Assembly: GCA_017411435.1 (NCBI GenBank)
Contig: JAFQQD010000041.1
Location: 94-64,093, forward strand
Origin: Clostridia bacterium
GTDB lineage: Bacteria > Bacillota > Clostridia > UMGS1883
DNA length: 64,000 bases
Reading direction: 5' to 3'
Shown in pieces: positions 27,889-38,500 of this stretch. The notes beneath the pieces were generated by a model that was not told the DNA's origin, did no database searches, and was given only the letters and a program-made list of their open reading frames with translations. The position numbers were made by a program, and so were the translations under genes. Position 1 is the first letter of the stretch; each line of letters begins with the position of its first letter.

Positions 27889-29354
27889 TGAAAAAAGTTA
27901 TAAGTATTTTAACAGTAACATTTCTTCTCTTCACCTTTATGCCGATGATAAGCAATGCACTTGTTGTTGATGATTGGGAAATTGCTATTTCCAATGGTGA
28001 AGCAACAATTATAGGTTATCACGGTGATCAAAGAAAAAAAATTGTAGTTCCTGCAAATGTGGGAAACTATAATGTTGTTGCAATAGATGGAAAAAAACTA
28101 TTTGCTGAACCCGTTGAAGAAATTGTTTTTTCAGAAGGCATTAGAAAAATAAGTGGAGACCCTTTCAGTTACAATCTTCGCTACTCATTAAAAAAAGTTG
28201 TATTGCCAGAAAGTCTTGAAACGCTTGATGTTTCATTTCAAGGATATGAAAAATTAGAGAAAATCAACATTCCTTCTAAAATAACCGAAATCAAGCACTC
28301 TCAATTTGCTTTATGTAGCAATTTGGAATACATACAGTTAAACGAAGGCCTGAAAAAAATTGGTAGCACTGCCTTTATGCGTTCAGGACTAAAAGAATTG
28401 ATTTTACCAAGCACAGTGTCTGAAATCGGTGAAAGAGCATACGCCGAATGCCACAGTCTAGTAAATGTTATAATTCCAGATACAGTTACTATAATGGGGA
28501 AAAACGAGGGTATTTTAATGCTTTGTGAGAATTTGGAAACTGTTGTTGTTGGTGATGGAGTTTCCATCCTCTCAAGACAAGAATTTTGGGGTTGTCCTAA
28601 TTTAAAATCTGTATATTTAGGAAATTCTATTACCACAATAAGGAATGGCGTATTAAGTGATTGCACTTCTCTAAAAACTCTTGTTTTGCCCAACAATGTG
28701 GAAACAATAGATTACGATTTTTGTCCTGAATGCATCAGTCTTGAATCTGTTATATTCCCTAAGGAAATCAAAAAAATAACAGCTTATAATTGCACGCTCA
28801 AAACAAGAACAGGATTTAATGCAAGCGAAATGCGCAAGCCATTACCTAAATTATTTTTATATGGATATTCCGATAGCACAACAGAGACTTTCTCAAATAA
28901 CGAAGGCTTCCCCTTTGTAGATATATCCGTAGCAACACCTACAAACAGCAAAGTATTGATTAATGGAAAAGAAGTAGCATTTACAGCATATAATATTGGT
29001 GGAAATAACTATTTCAAATTAAGAGATATTGCCTCCGCAATAAATGGGACAAACAAAAACTTTAATGTCGGTTGGGACGGCAACAACAATGCAATTACAC
29101 TTACTTCAAATTCCGCATATTCAAATGTTGGCGGTGAATTAGTAGTAAATTCAAATGCAGTTGCCACAGAACCGAAAATTTCAAACCCCAAAATTTTCGT
29201 TGATGGAAAGTTAACAATTTTCATGGCGTTCAATATTGACGGCAACAATTATATTAAATTGCGTGACTTGGGCGAAGCTTTTAATTTCGGTGTGGAATGG
29301 AATGGAACTACACAGACAATTGAAATTAACACTAACAAAGGTTACAGCAAATAA
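27889..29354 (+). CDS. Secreted BspA-type leucine-rich-repeat (LRR_5) protein with C-terminal Cu-amine-oxidase-N1-like domains
   Basis: RBS AAAGGAAAG before the ATG at 27889. Signal peptide 'MKKVISILTVTFLLFTFMPMISNA'. Repeated 'IP.TVT.IG..AF..C..L' LRR units. C-terminal 'YFKLRDIASAING' and 'YIKLRDLGEAFNFGVEWN' stalk-domain motifs. Confidence 0.7.
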
Positions 29355-29365
29355 CACCACACACA

Positions 29366-29403
29366 AAAGGCACTCACAATTGTGAGTGCCTTTCTCTTTA
29401 TTT
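29366..29403 (+). terminator. Terminator after the LRR gene
   Basis: aaaggcactcacaattgtgagtgccttt perfect palindrome followed by a T-rich tract. Confidence 0.65.
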
Positions 29404-29405
29404 CT

Positions 29406-30341
29406 TTACTTTACATCTTCTACCTTGAACTTAAGATATGTCTTATATTCCTCAAAAGGTTTAAGTACAACATACTCGTTATTCTTTCTGATGTTTTCGC
29501 CGCCGCGGTTAGTTGTTCTCGGTTCAAGACCTACTACATACTCACTCTCGCCCATCATTTTCCAGATAAGGAAATTGGGAAGAGTTTTAGTCTTATATGT
29601 AATGCTTGCGAAGATTTTTTCGTTTTTGATACCAACGGTAACTTCGTCTTCGCTTTCAAACGGAACCGCGATACATTCTTCCTGTTTTTTGTGAATGGGA
29701 GCTGAAAGCTTTGCTATATCGTCAGGAACATTTGTCATAACTGCGTTTTCGTTAACGAGCGGATAACCGAAGTTACAATGATAGCAAAGTGCGATTTCGT
29801 CATCTTCAAAACCTTCGTTGACTATTGTGTCTTCGAGAGTGAATTCGTCAGAGAAGAGTTTAGTTTTTATAGTTCTCTTAAGCAGAAGGTTTTCGCCAAA
29901 AACTGCACATTCGCGAACCTGACCTGAAACCTCGATAACATAGTCATCGCCTACCCAGTCGGCAAAGATACTTACTTTTTCGGCAGGGGTATTGGCAATT
30001 CTGCCGTGCTGTCCCTGGTCGAGATATGGTTTGCCGATATTTTTAAGTCCACAAGTCGTTACAAGACCGCCGAAAAATCCGCGGAGGAAGTTTTTATCGG
30101 TCTTGTCATAATATTCGGGAGCGGTTATTCCTGTTCTTGAAATCCAACTGATTGCTTCGCCCTTATAGAAAGCCTGTGCGATGTCCATACATCTGTCGGG
30201 AAGAACTGTAAAAGATATTTTGCCTGTATTGATTTCAATAGCACGAACGCCCTTCATTTTGCCGTCATTGAATGTAAAGTCACGCACTCCGCCGATTTGC
30301 GAAACATCGCCAACGCGCGATAAAAGTTCTTTTTTATTCAT
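29406..30341 (-). CDS. DUF4432 / aldose-1-epimerase-like (galactose-mutarotase fold) family protein
   Basis: 311 aa beta-sandwich-type sequence. Family assignment is from memory of the DUF4432 architecture and is moderate only. Confidence 0.4.
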   Translation of the reverse strand: MNKKELLSRVGDVSQIGGVRDFTFNDGKMKGVRAIEINTGKISFTVLPDRCMDIAQAFYKGEAISWISRTGITAPEYYDKTDKNFLRGFFGGLVTTCGLKNIGKPYLDQGQHGRIANTPAEKVSIFADWVGDDYVIEVSGQVRECAVFGENLLLKRTIKTKLFSDEFTLEDTIVNEGFEDDEIALCYHCNFGYPLVNENAVMTNVPDDIAKLSAPIHKKQEECIAVPFESEDEVTVGIKNEKIFASITYKTKTLPNFLIWKMMGESEYVVGLEPRTTNRGGENIRKNNEYVVLKPFEEYKTYLKFKVEDVK

Positions 30342-30355
30342 TGTTGCACCTCAAA

Positions 30356-31204
30356 TCAGAAGGGGAAATATTTATCCTTGTTTTCTGCAGTAAGCTGTTT
30401 TCCATATTCAGAAAGCATAAGTGCTTCTGCATAACGAACTTTACTTCCTTTTTCCTCGCCGTACTTTTCGATAAGTTCTTTTCTGAAGCGAGCAGCAACC
30501 TTTGCAAAGCGTACTGAATATCCGCGTTTAGCAGCCATTACTTCTTCATCTGTAGTGTCTGCAGTAATATTCATACCCTTCATCCACTCTACTTTTTCTT
30601 CTTCGCTTTCGGGAACTGTTTCAAACTTTGTATAAGGAAGCCATTCGTAAATCTGAGATCTGTGGCAACGAACACATTCGAGCTTGGTTTCGATTTCGTC
30701 ATCGATGTCTATAATAACATCTGCGCGAAATTCCGGATTCTTGAATGAATCAACTGTCTGCATAATTACGGGCATCTCACGCATAGCGGGAACTTCGGGG
30801 CAGAAATGCGGCACGATAAGAAGGTATGACGCATCCTGAACAAGCTGTGCAGTTGCACGGTGGTCTGCGTGATAGTCGTTTATACGATGTGTGCAGATAA
30901 TGTCAGGGTTATACTCACGGATGTAACGGGTAAGTCGTTTACGGTTTTCGAGGGTTGCCTCAATTTCACAGTCTGAAATATCCTCCCAGATATCGTACTG
31001 AACACCGAGAATTTTTGCAACCTGCTGTGTTTCGCCCTTTCTCACTCTCGCAGTTTCTTCGGGAGAAAGAATGTGATGTCCGCCGTTACCGTTACAAAGG
31101 CAAAGAAATCTTACATCGTGACCGAGTTGCTTGAACTTTATTGTCATTCCGGCATTACGGAATTCAATATCATCCTCGTGCGCACCAATAACCAAAATCT
31201 TCAT
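30356..31204 (-). CDS. PIG-L/LmbE-family N-acetylglucosaminyl deacetylase
   Basis: 'MKILVIGAHEDDIEF' and 'HHILSPEE', 'HADH' zinc-binding PIG-L motifs. AAAGGAG RBS 8 nt before this ATG. The ORF track's 31270 start is an over-extension. Confidence 0.8.
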   Translation of the reverse strand: MKILVIGAHEDDIEFRNAGMTIKFKQLGHDVRFLCLCNGNGGHHILSPEETARVRKGETQQVAKILGVQYDIWEDISDCEIEATLENRKRLTRYIREYNPDIICTHRINDYHADHRATAQLVQDASYLLIVPHFCPEVPAMREMPVIMQTVDSFKNPEFRADVIIDIDDEIETKLECVRCHRSQIYEWLPYTKFETVPESEEEKVEWMKGMNITADTTDEEVMAAKRGYSVRFAKVAARFRKELIEKYGEEKGSKVRYAEALMLSEYGKQLTAENKDKYFPF

Positions 31205-31245
31205 AAATTTGCACTCCTTTTGTGAATAAATTTCCATTTGAGTTA

Positions 31246-31274
31246 AGTATATCACACATAATATTGGCAATCAA
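31246..31274 (-). promoter_or_regulatory. Sigma-70 promoter for the PIG-L deacetylase gene
   Basis: Minus strand reads TTGATT, a 17-nt spacer, then TATACT. Confidence 0.5.
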
Positions 31275-31281
31275 GCAAAAA

Positions 31282-31320
31282 ACGGACAATTTTTTGGTAA
31301 AATTGTCCGTTTTTTATAAC
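31282..31320 (-). terminator. Bidirectional terminator 3' of beta-helix paralogue 1
   Basis: aaaaaacggacaatttt...aaaattgtccgtttttt palindrome. Confidence 0.7.
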
Positions 31321-31326
31321 TATAGT

Positions 31327-34300
31327 TTAGTTGTAACCTATTTCAAAACCCTTTGCCACATTCTGAAGTTTTGTTGTGTCGGTTTCAGTAAAGCCGATAT
31401 TGTCAGCGATGAAGATAAGTCTTCCATCTTCGTACCACATAACCTTCTTTCCAAGGGCTTCTGCGGTTGCGCGAAGAGGAATCATTGTACGGTTATTCAC
31501 AAGCTTTATTTCAGCTTCGGATTCCTTGACCTCGCCGTTGGCGGTATAGTTTTTTTCACCGATTTTGAATGAAACAACCTTATCTCCGCTTGTTATGGTT
31601 GCGGTATAAGTTTCTTCATCCCATTCAACCTGTGCACCAAATGCTTCGGATACAAAACGAAGAGGAATCATCGTTCTGTCGTTTTCGATGTAAGGTGCAA
31701 CATCGGGGATTTCAAGTTCCTCCGTTACATTATATGCCTTCTGTGAATCCACTTTCAGAAGAAGAAGATTATCAGAATAGTCATAGAAGGTACGGTTGAA
31801 TTCAAGAAGTTCCTTATCCGTCTTTACAACTCCGATTACGGGAGCGACAAGAGTGCCTTCTCCGCTGCCCTTGATTGTAACTACGATATCGCCCGTTCGG
31901 CTGAAAGATGCACATTCATAAGCACCGAGGTATACCCAGCCCTTTTTACCCTGCGAAAAGTCAACGGTCTTTACTACTTCTGTCTTACCACCTGTTGTCG
32001 GTGAATATGCCACTACTGAAATAGTCGCGCTCTTATCACCGTTTTCAATGGGTTCGTGGTAGTAGTAGGTCATATAGGGCACTTCTGTATCGGTTACTGT
32101 GTAGGTAAGCGATGCGTCAGCATCTTCCGAAACCTTGATATATGAACCGTCTGCCGTTGTGTTGCCCGTAACTGTCCAGATGCCTGTCTTTTCCGCAATT
32201 TTGGAGTCGGGGTTATAGATTGTCTTTGCCTTACCCATTTTATCACCCTCGTAGACAAATTCGCCTGCGGGGATACTGTCGGCTCCCTTAAATGCAACAC
32301 ACGCACCGTCACTGCCGGGGCGAACTACCATATAGCCATCGCCGAAGTTGGGAGCTTCTGTATCGAGCTCATTGAACACTGTGTTTCCGTTAACCTTAAG
32401 GAACACATTTACGCCATCGGGCATATCAACGCAACCCATTTCAATGTCAACCCATTCATTTTCCTTGATGTAGTCGTTGGGATATGTTGCCATAATCCCT
32501 GTCTTTGTTGCCGCGGGGTTATATTTCTGGAATTCTATCTGTGTGGGTTTGATAACGATAAGATAGTTTCGAACTGCCTTGTTATAGGAAATAACAGATG
32601 GGTCATTCTGCTTGAGCGAAATACCTGTCCAGCCGTTGAAGTTAATCTTCATCTTGAAATGCTTGGACAAATATCCGGGGTTTATGTCGTCAAGGTATGC
32701 CCAGCCGTTTCCGTGTGATTCAATATTTACAGTGCCATCAGTATTTGTAACGGCTATTGTATCATCGGAAGTGAGCCATTCACCGCCTACATTAAGAGCA
32801 CCGTGTCCCTTATTTTTATAGCCGAAAACCCCTGACTGCAGATTCTGAAGCCTTGTAACAGTTTCCTGAATTTCCTCCTGACTGCCTGTTTTACTGTCGT
32901 AAATATCCTTTGCATTTGAAAGAATCGTGTCAATCTGCGCAAGTGAATCAGCACTGTACTGACCTAATCCATCACCGATATTTGCAGAAACTGTTTCTTT
33001 AAGCGCTTCAACATTTTTGATTTCTTCGTTGAGCAAGCCCTTTTCAAGAACATCCTCGGCAGTTGTCCTGAACATATAGGTTTCGCCTTCACTTGCCCAC
33101 TTGTTTCCAAGCTGTCTGCCCTGATTTATAGCCCATACCTTGTAGTAATAAACTGTATCGTTCTTAAGGTCGGGAAGCTCTACAACATTGTAAAGCGATT
33201 TACCCGAAGCAACAACATTTTTAAGCTCGGGGTCTGTTGCTACTACATATTCATAGATATCGGCATATCTTGCCTCTTCCCATTTGATATATGCGGTATT
33301 TCGGATAACATCCATCTGTCCGTTTGTGGGATAAAGAAGACGGAAAGGAGTTTCGGGCTTTTCAACCTTCATAATTTCAGGCTGGAAACCAATCTTGTCC
33401 ATAGAGAAATTATCTTCGTTTAAGAATGTATCGGGGAAACCGAATTCCCTGACATATTCGCGTTTGAGTCGGTAGTCGTGATTAGCACTATCTACAAATA
33501 CGCCGTAGTCATCGGAAATACGGTTATTTTTAACACTACCGTTGTCAATTGCTACCTGACTGATGTTGTTTCTGTTAACATCTACCGAAAGGTTGTTTTC
33601 AAAGACATTACCTTTCATAAGTAAATACATATCGTCCTTATCAAGCTGAGGCTTGTATGTAGCGATTGCGGGATATTTTTCAAGAAGTGCGGCAGAAACA
33701 CCGGCATCAACAGATTTATAAGCCGTTTCGTGAATTTTCGAGTTGCGGTCTACTGCGTGAACACCTGTGTTTGAGTTTACTATGATATTTTCGCAATAGT
33801 AGCTGTCCGCACCTACGAAAAGGTTACCTGATGTACTGTTCTTTCCACCGGGAACGATAATGTTATGATGCGCAATCTGTCCTGACTGCCAGTCGTCCCA
33901 ATAGATACCCTGAACATTATATCTTGCATCGAAAATAGGAGCGAAGTCGTGAAGATAGTTATAGGAGATTGTATTTCCCGGTTCGCGAAGGCTTCTTCCC
34001 TCGTAGATAACGCCCATATCGGCAGTATCGTTTGAAAGCGAGTATATTTCGTTATATCTGAATATATTTTCAACACCGCCGTAGAAAATACCTTGTCCGT
34101 TAGGCTGTCCGTGAATGACATTGTTTTCGACAACATCTCCGATTGTTGTATTTACAGAGCCACGGCCAAGTATAATCGCAACCTTTGACTGCATCCATCC
34201 GCCAAGTCCCCAGCGGTAGAAGTGACAGTTGGAAACACGATTGTTACCTGGGGTAAGTGTTTCAATATCGCCACCGCCCTGATAGTTGATTGCAGACACA

Positions 34301-35469
34301 TTGATATCATAGATAGTGCACGCTTCTACAAGAGTATTCTTTGAATCCTTGGCATAAACTGCCTGATGAAGATTGCTCATGGTTGCGTTGCGTACTGTAA
34401 TGTTATTTGATTTATAGATGCTGTAACCATATCCGCTTACATTACCGCTTACGCTGATTCCGTCAAAAGTAATGTATGACGCACCGTCTGTCTTGATATA
34501 TGTTTTTGAATGAGTCGAAACCTCAAGAATATCTGTCTCTTTCAATTCATAAGGCGGATAGTAGTAGAGCTTCTTTGTATTTACATCCACAAAATATTCG
34601 CCGGGAGAATCAATTTCTTCAAGAAGATTTTCAATATACCATCTGTGGCCGGGTTTCACACCATAAATCGAAGCTTTTGCAAGGTATATTTCTTTCTTCT
34701 GGGCATTTACTCCGCCAAGCTTGACAGAGTCCTTTGCGTATTCTGTTCCAAGGTAGCCGCGGACAATCGCCTGGTCTGCCTTACCCCATCTTTCAGGACG
34801 GAGAGAATCGTATTTCCATATACCCTTTTTACCCTTGTCGCCGCCTGAAACATTTTCGCCCGGCTGAACAACAGTTATAATATCCACAAAGCCAACATTG
34901 GGCCATTTTGCAATTTCCTGCATTTTGCCGTTGAGATGAATGAAGGGATACATCTGATGCTCACGGGGGTCGGTAGTTCTTACAGCAACATCAAACATTG
35001 CCATATCAAGATTATAACCCTCAAGGTCAAGCACCATTACCTTGTCACGGCTTTCGGGAGATATGCGCTGAAGAATTTCCGCATCTGAAAGAGGTGCAAA
35101 ATCCTTAATGTTAAGTTTAGTGTAATTAGACACCAGAACTTCCCCGTCACCTGCCGCGCGATAGATAACGGGGTTATTTTTGCTACCTGAATCCTCCGCT
35201 GTGAAAACGAGAGTGTCTTCCTGCGGATATGTGCCTGCGTGAATTAAAACCTCAACAGTTTTATTTTTGTGGTCTATTCCGCGCAGATATTGTTGTGCCC
35301 TTGCTATTGTTTTAAAAGGAGCTTTTTCGCTTCCTGTTCCCTCTTCACCTGCGTTTGCTGAAACATAAATTACAATCTTGCCATCAGCTGCAACCGCCGA
35401 AAAAGGAAGTACTGAAAAGACCATTACAACTGCAAGAAGCAGTGCAATAAATTTAACTTTTTTCATCAT
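31327..35469 (-). CDS. Large secreted right-handed parallel beta-helix (pectin-lyase-fold) protein with an Fn3-like domain and two C-terminal Cu-amine-oxidase-N1-like domains (paralogue 1 of 3)
   Basis: Signal peptide 'MMKKVKFIALLLAVVMVFSVLPFSAVAADG'. PbH1-like repeats ('NATMSNLHQAVY', 'HHNIIVPGGKNSTSGNLFVGADSYYCENIIVNS'). Fn3-like 'PETPFRLLYPTNGQMDVIRNTAYIKWE...VYYYKVWA'. C-terminal 'IPLRFVSEAFGAQVEWD' and 'MIPLRATAEALGKKVMWY'. Confidence 0.75.
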   Translation of the reverse strand: MMKKVKFIALLLAVVMVFSVLPFSAVAADGKIVIYVSANAGEEGTGSEKAPFKTIARAQQYLRGIDHKNKTVEVLIHAGTYPQEDTLVFTAEDSGSKNNPVIYRAAGDGEVLVSNYTKLNIKDFAPLSDAEILQRISPESRDKVMVLDLEGYNLDMAMFDVAVRTTDPREHQMYPFIHLNGKMQEIAKWPNVGFVDIITVVQPGENVSGGDKGKKGIWKYDSLRPERWGKADQAIVRGYLGTEYAKDSVKLGGVNAQKKEIYLAKASIYGVKPGHRWYIENLLEEIDSPGEYFVDVNTKKLYYYPPYELKETDILEVSTHSKTYIKTDGASYITFDGISVSGNVSGYGYSIYKSNNITVRNATMSNLHQAVYAKDSKNTLVEACTIYDINVSAINYQGGGDIETLTPGNNRVSNCHFYRWGLGGWMQSKVAIILGRGSVNTTIGDVVENNVIHGQPNGQGIFYGGVENIFRYNEIYSLSNDTADMGVIYEGRSLREPGNTISYNYLHDFAPIFDARYNVQGIYWDDWQSGQIAHHNIIVPGGKNSTSGNLFVGADSYYCENIIVNSNTGVHAVDRNSKIHETAYKSVDAGVSAALLEKYPAIATYKPQLDKDDMYLLMKGNVFENNLSVDVNRNNISQVAIDNGSVKNNRISDDYGVFVDSANHDYRLKREYVREFGFPDTFLNEDNFSMDKIGFQPEIMKVEKPETPFRLLYPTNGQMDVIRNTAYIKWEEARYADIYEYVVATDPELKNVVASGKSLYNVVELPDLKNDTVYYYKVWAINQGRQLGNKWASEGETYMFRTTAEDVLEKGLLNEEIKNVEALKETVSANIGDGLGQYSADSLAQIDTILSNAKDIYDSKTGSQEEIQETVTRLQNLQSGVFGYKNKGHGALNVGGEWLTSDDTIAVTNTDGTVNIESHGNGWAYLDDINPGYLSKHFKMKINFNGWTGISLKQNDPSVISYNKAVRNYLIVIKPTQIEFQKYNPAATKTGIMATYPNDYIKENEWVDIEMGCVDMPDGVNVFLKVNGNTVFNELDTEAPNFGDGYMVVRPGSDGACVAFKGADSIPAGEFVYEGDKMGKAKTIYNPDSKIAEKTGIWTVTGNTTADGSYIKVSEDADASLTYTVTDTEVPYMTYYYHEPIENGDKSATISVVAYSPTTGGKTEVVKTVDFSQGKKGWVYLGAYECASFSRTGDIVVTIKGSGEGTLVAPVIGVVKTDKELLEFNRTFYDYSDNLLLLKVDSQKAYNVTEELEIPDVAPYIENDRTMIPLRFVSEAFGAQVEWDEETYTATITSGDKVVSFKIGEKNYTANGEVKESEAEIKLVNNRTMIPLRATAEALGKKVMWYEDGRLIFIADNIGFTETDTTKLQNVAKGFEIGYN

Positions 35470-35526
35470 TTCCCCTCCTGATGTATTTATGATTTAAGTA
35501 TATCATATAACGATAAGTCATTCAAG

Positions 35527-35563
35527 AAAAAAATGGCGAAACACTTTTGTGTTTCGCCATTTT
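35527..35563 (-). terminator. Terminator 3' of beta-helix paralogue 2
   Basis: aaaaaaatggcgaaacacttttgtgtttcgccatttt palindrome. Confidence 0.7.
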
Positions 35564-35570
35564 GAATTGT

Positions 35571-38500
35571 TTAATTAAAACCCTTGTCAAAGCCTTTTGC
35601 GGCGTTCTGAAGTTTTGCTGTATCACTTTCTGCAAAACCGAAGTTATCTGCGATAAAAATCAATCTCGCATCGCCGTACCACATAACCTTCTTGCCAAGA
35701 GCTTCAGCAGTAGCACGAAGCGGAATCATTGTTCTGCCGTTTACAAGTTTGGCCTCTGTTTCAGATTCGCGAACTTCACCGTTAGCTGTGTAATTCTTGT
35801 TGCCAAGAGTAAACGCAACAACATTGCTACCGTTTGTGATAGTTGCTGTCTGTGTTTCTGCGTTCCAATCTACCTGTGCGCCAAATGCTTCAGATACGAA
35901 ACGGAGGGGTACCATTGTTCTGCCGTTTTCGATGTAAGGAGCTGTATCGGGAATTGCAAGCTCATCCTGAACCTTGTACGCCTTCTGAGAGTCTATCTTC
36001 ATAAGAAGAAGATTTTCAGAGTAGTCGTAGAAGGTACGGTTGAACTCGAGAAGTTCCTTGTCAGCCCTTACAGTAGCAACTACAGGTGCAACAAGTGTTC
36101 CCTGACCGCTGCCCTCGATTGTGAAGACGATATCGCCCGTCTTACTGTGCGATGCACACTCGTAAGTGCCGAGGTATACCCAGCCCTTTTCACCCTGTGA
36201 GAAGTCAATCTTACGGACAACATTCGTCTTGCCACCGTCTGTGGGAGAGTATGCTACCATTGAGATGGTTGCATTCGGGTCGCCGCCTGCTATGGGTTCG
36301 TGGTAATAATATGTCTTGTAAGGTACTTCTGTATCGGTTACTGTGTATGTAACACTTGCGGTTGGGTCAACAGAAGTCCATATGGTTGAACCATCTGCAG
36401 TTTTATCATCGCTGTTTGTCCATACGCCTGTCTTTACTGCATTCTTGGATTCAAGGTTATAAATTGTCTTTGCCTGGTCCATTGAAGAAGCTCCGCTGTA
36501 TACGAATTCTTCTGTGGGAACTGATGATGCCTCCTGAAGTTCAACAACTGCGCCTTCGCCACCGGGGCGAATTACGAAGTAGCCGTCACCGAAGCAGGGA
36601 GTTTCAGTATCATATTCGTTGAGTACTATGTTTCCGTTAACCTTGAGGAAGATATTTACACCACCGGGAACATCGACAGAGCCGAATTCAACATCAACCC
36701 ATTCGTCTTCCCTGATATACTGGTTGGGATATGTTGTTATAACGCCAGTCGTTGCGGCTGCGGGGTTTTTCTTCTGGAACTCAATCTGTTCCGGCTTGAT
36801 TACTAAAAAGTAACTCTTAAGCCCTGTGTCATAAATTTTGGATTCGGGATTACTCTGCTTGATGGAAATACCTGTCCAGCCGTTATAGTTAATCTTCATT
36901 CTGAAGTGCTTAACTGTATATCCCGGTGTCGGTTCGTTAAGATAAGCCCAGCCATCGCTGAATGATTCAAGCTTGAGGGTGTTGCCCGTTTTGGAAGCGC
37001 TTATGCTTGTATCGTTTACAAGCCATGTGCCGTCTGTGATTTTGATATTTTCGTGACCTGCACGCTTGTAGCCGGTTATACCTTCCTGGAATAACTGAAG
37101 GTCAGCAACACTATTCTGAATTTCTTCCTGACTTCCTGTTGTCTTGTTGGCAATGCGCTGTGCGTTTGAAAGTTTGTCGTCAATTGCTGTAAGTACTTCG
37201 GGTTTATACTGACCTAATGCATCGCCTACCAGAGGAGCAACCTTTTCTCTGAGCGCCTTGATATTCTTTATCTCTTCCTTGAGCATTTCCGTTTCAAGAA
37301 CATCTGTCGCAGTTGTCTTGAACATATAGGGAACGCCCTCGCTTGCCCAGGTGTTACCCATCTGTCTGGTAACATTCTTCGCCCAAACCTTGTAGTAGTA
37401 AACAGTATTACCCTGAAGGTCGGGAAGTTCAACCAGATTATAAAGTGTAGTACCCGAAGCAACAACATTTTTGAGGTCGGGGTCTGTTGCCACTACATAC
37501 TCGTACATATCGGCATATCTTGCCGCTTCCCACTTTATGTAGGCAGTATTTCTGATAACATTTGTCTGTCCGTTTGTCGGGTAAAGAAGACGGAATGGTG
37601 TTTCGGGTTTTTCAAGCTTCATAATCTCGGGCTGAACACCGATTTTGTCCATAGAGAAATTGTTTTCATTAAGAACAGTATCGGGGAAACCAAACTGTTT
37701 AACAGCTTCGCTTGTAAGACGGTAGTCGTGATTAGCCGCGTCAACGAATACACCGTAATCGTCTGAAATCTGGTTGTTATTGAACTTTCCGTTCTTGATA
37801 TGTGTATCGTGGAATCTGTTCGAGTTAACATCTACCGAGAGGTTATTTTCAAACACATTGTTTGCGCAAAGAAGCATCATGCCATTCTTGTCAAGTTCTT
37901 CTTTGTACTCACGAATTCTGGGATATTTTTCAAGAATTGCAGGAGAATTAGCCTTATGAGTATCCTTAGTCGTGTTATATGCAGTAGAGTGAATCTCTTT
38001 TTCACGGTCTGTAGCACGAACACCGATATCGGAGTTAACAACTATGTTTTCACAGTAGTAGCTGTCCGCACCAACAAAAAGGTTACCTGCAGTACGGTTC
38101 TTTGTACCCGGTACGATGATATTATGATGCGCGTTCTGACCACTCATCCAGTCGTCCCAGTAAATTGCCTGAACCTGATATCTTGCTTCAAAGATTGCGC
38201 CGTAATCGTGAATGTAGTTATACGAAATTTCGTTACCCCATTCGTTGAGGGTACGACCTGCGTAGATAACGCCACAGTCAGCGGCATCGTGCGCTATTGA
38301 TGCAATTTCGTTATATCTTATCTGATTTTCAAGGCCGCCGAAGTGGAGGCCCTGACCGCTGGGCTGTCCGTGGATAAGGTTGTTTTCAACAATATCGCCG
38401 ATTGTTGTATTATATGAACTACGGCCAATGTTTACAGCGTGGTTACCCCAGAAGTTGTTTCTTGTTGCCCAACGGTAGAAGTGACAGTTTGCAACACGGT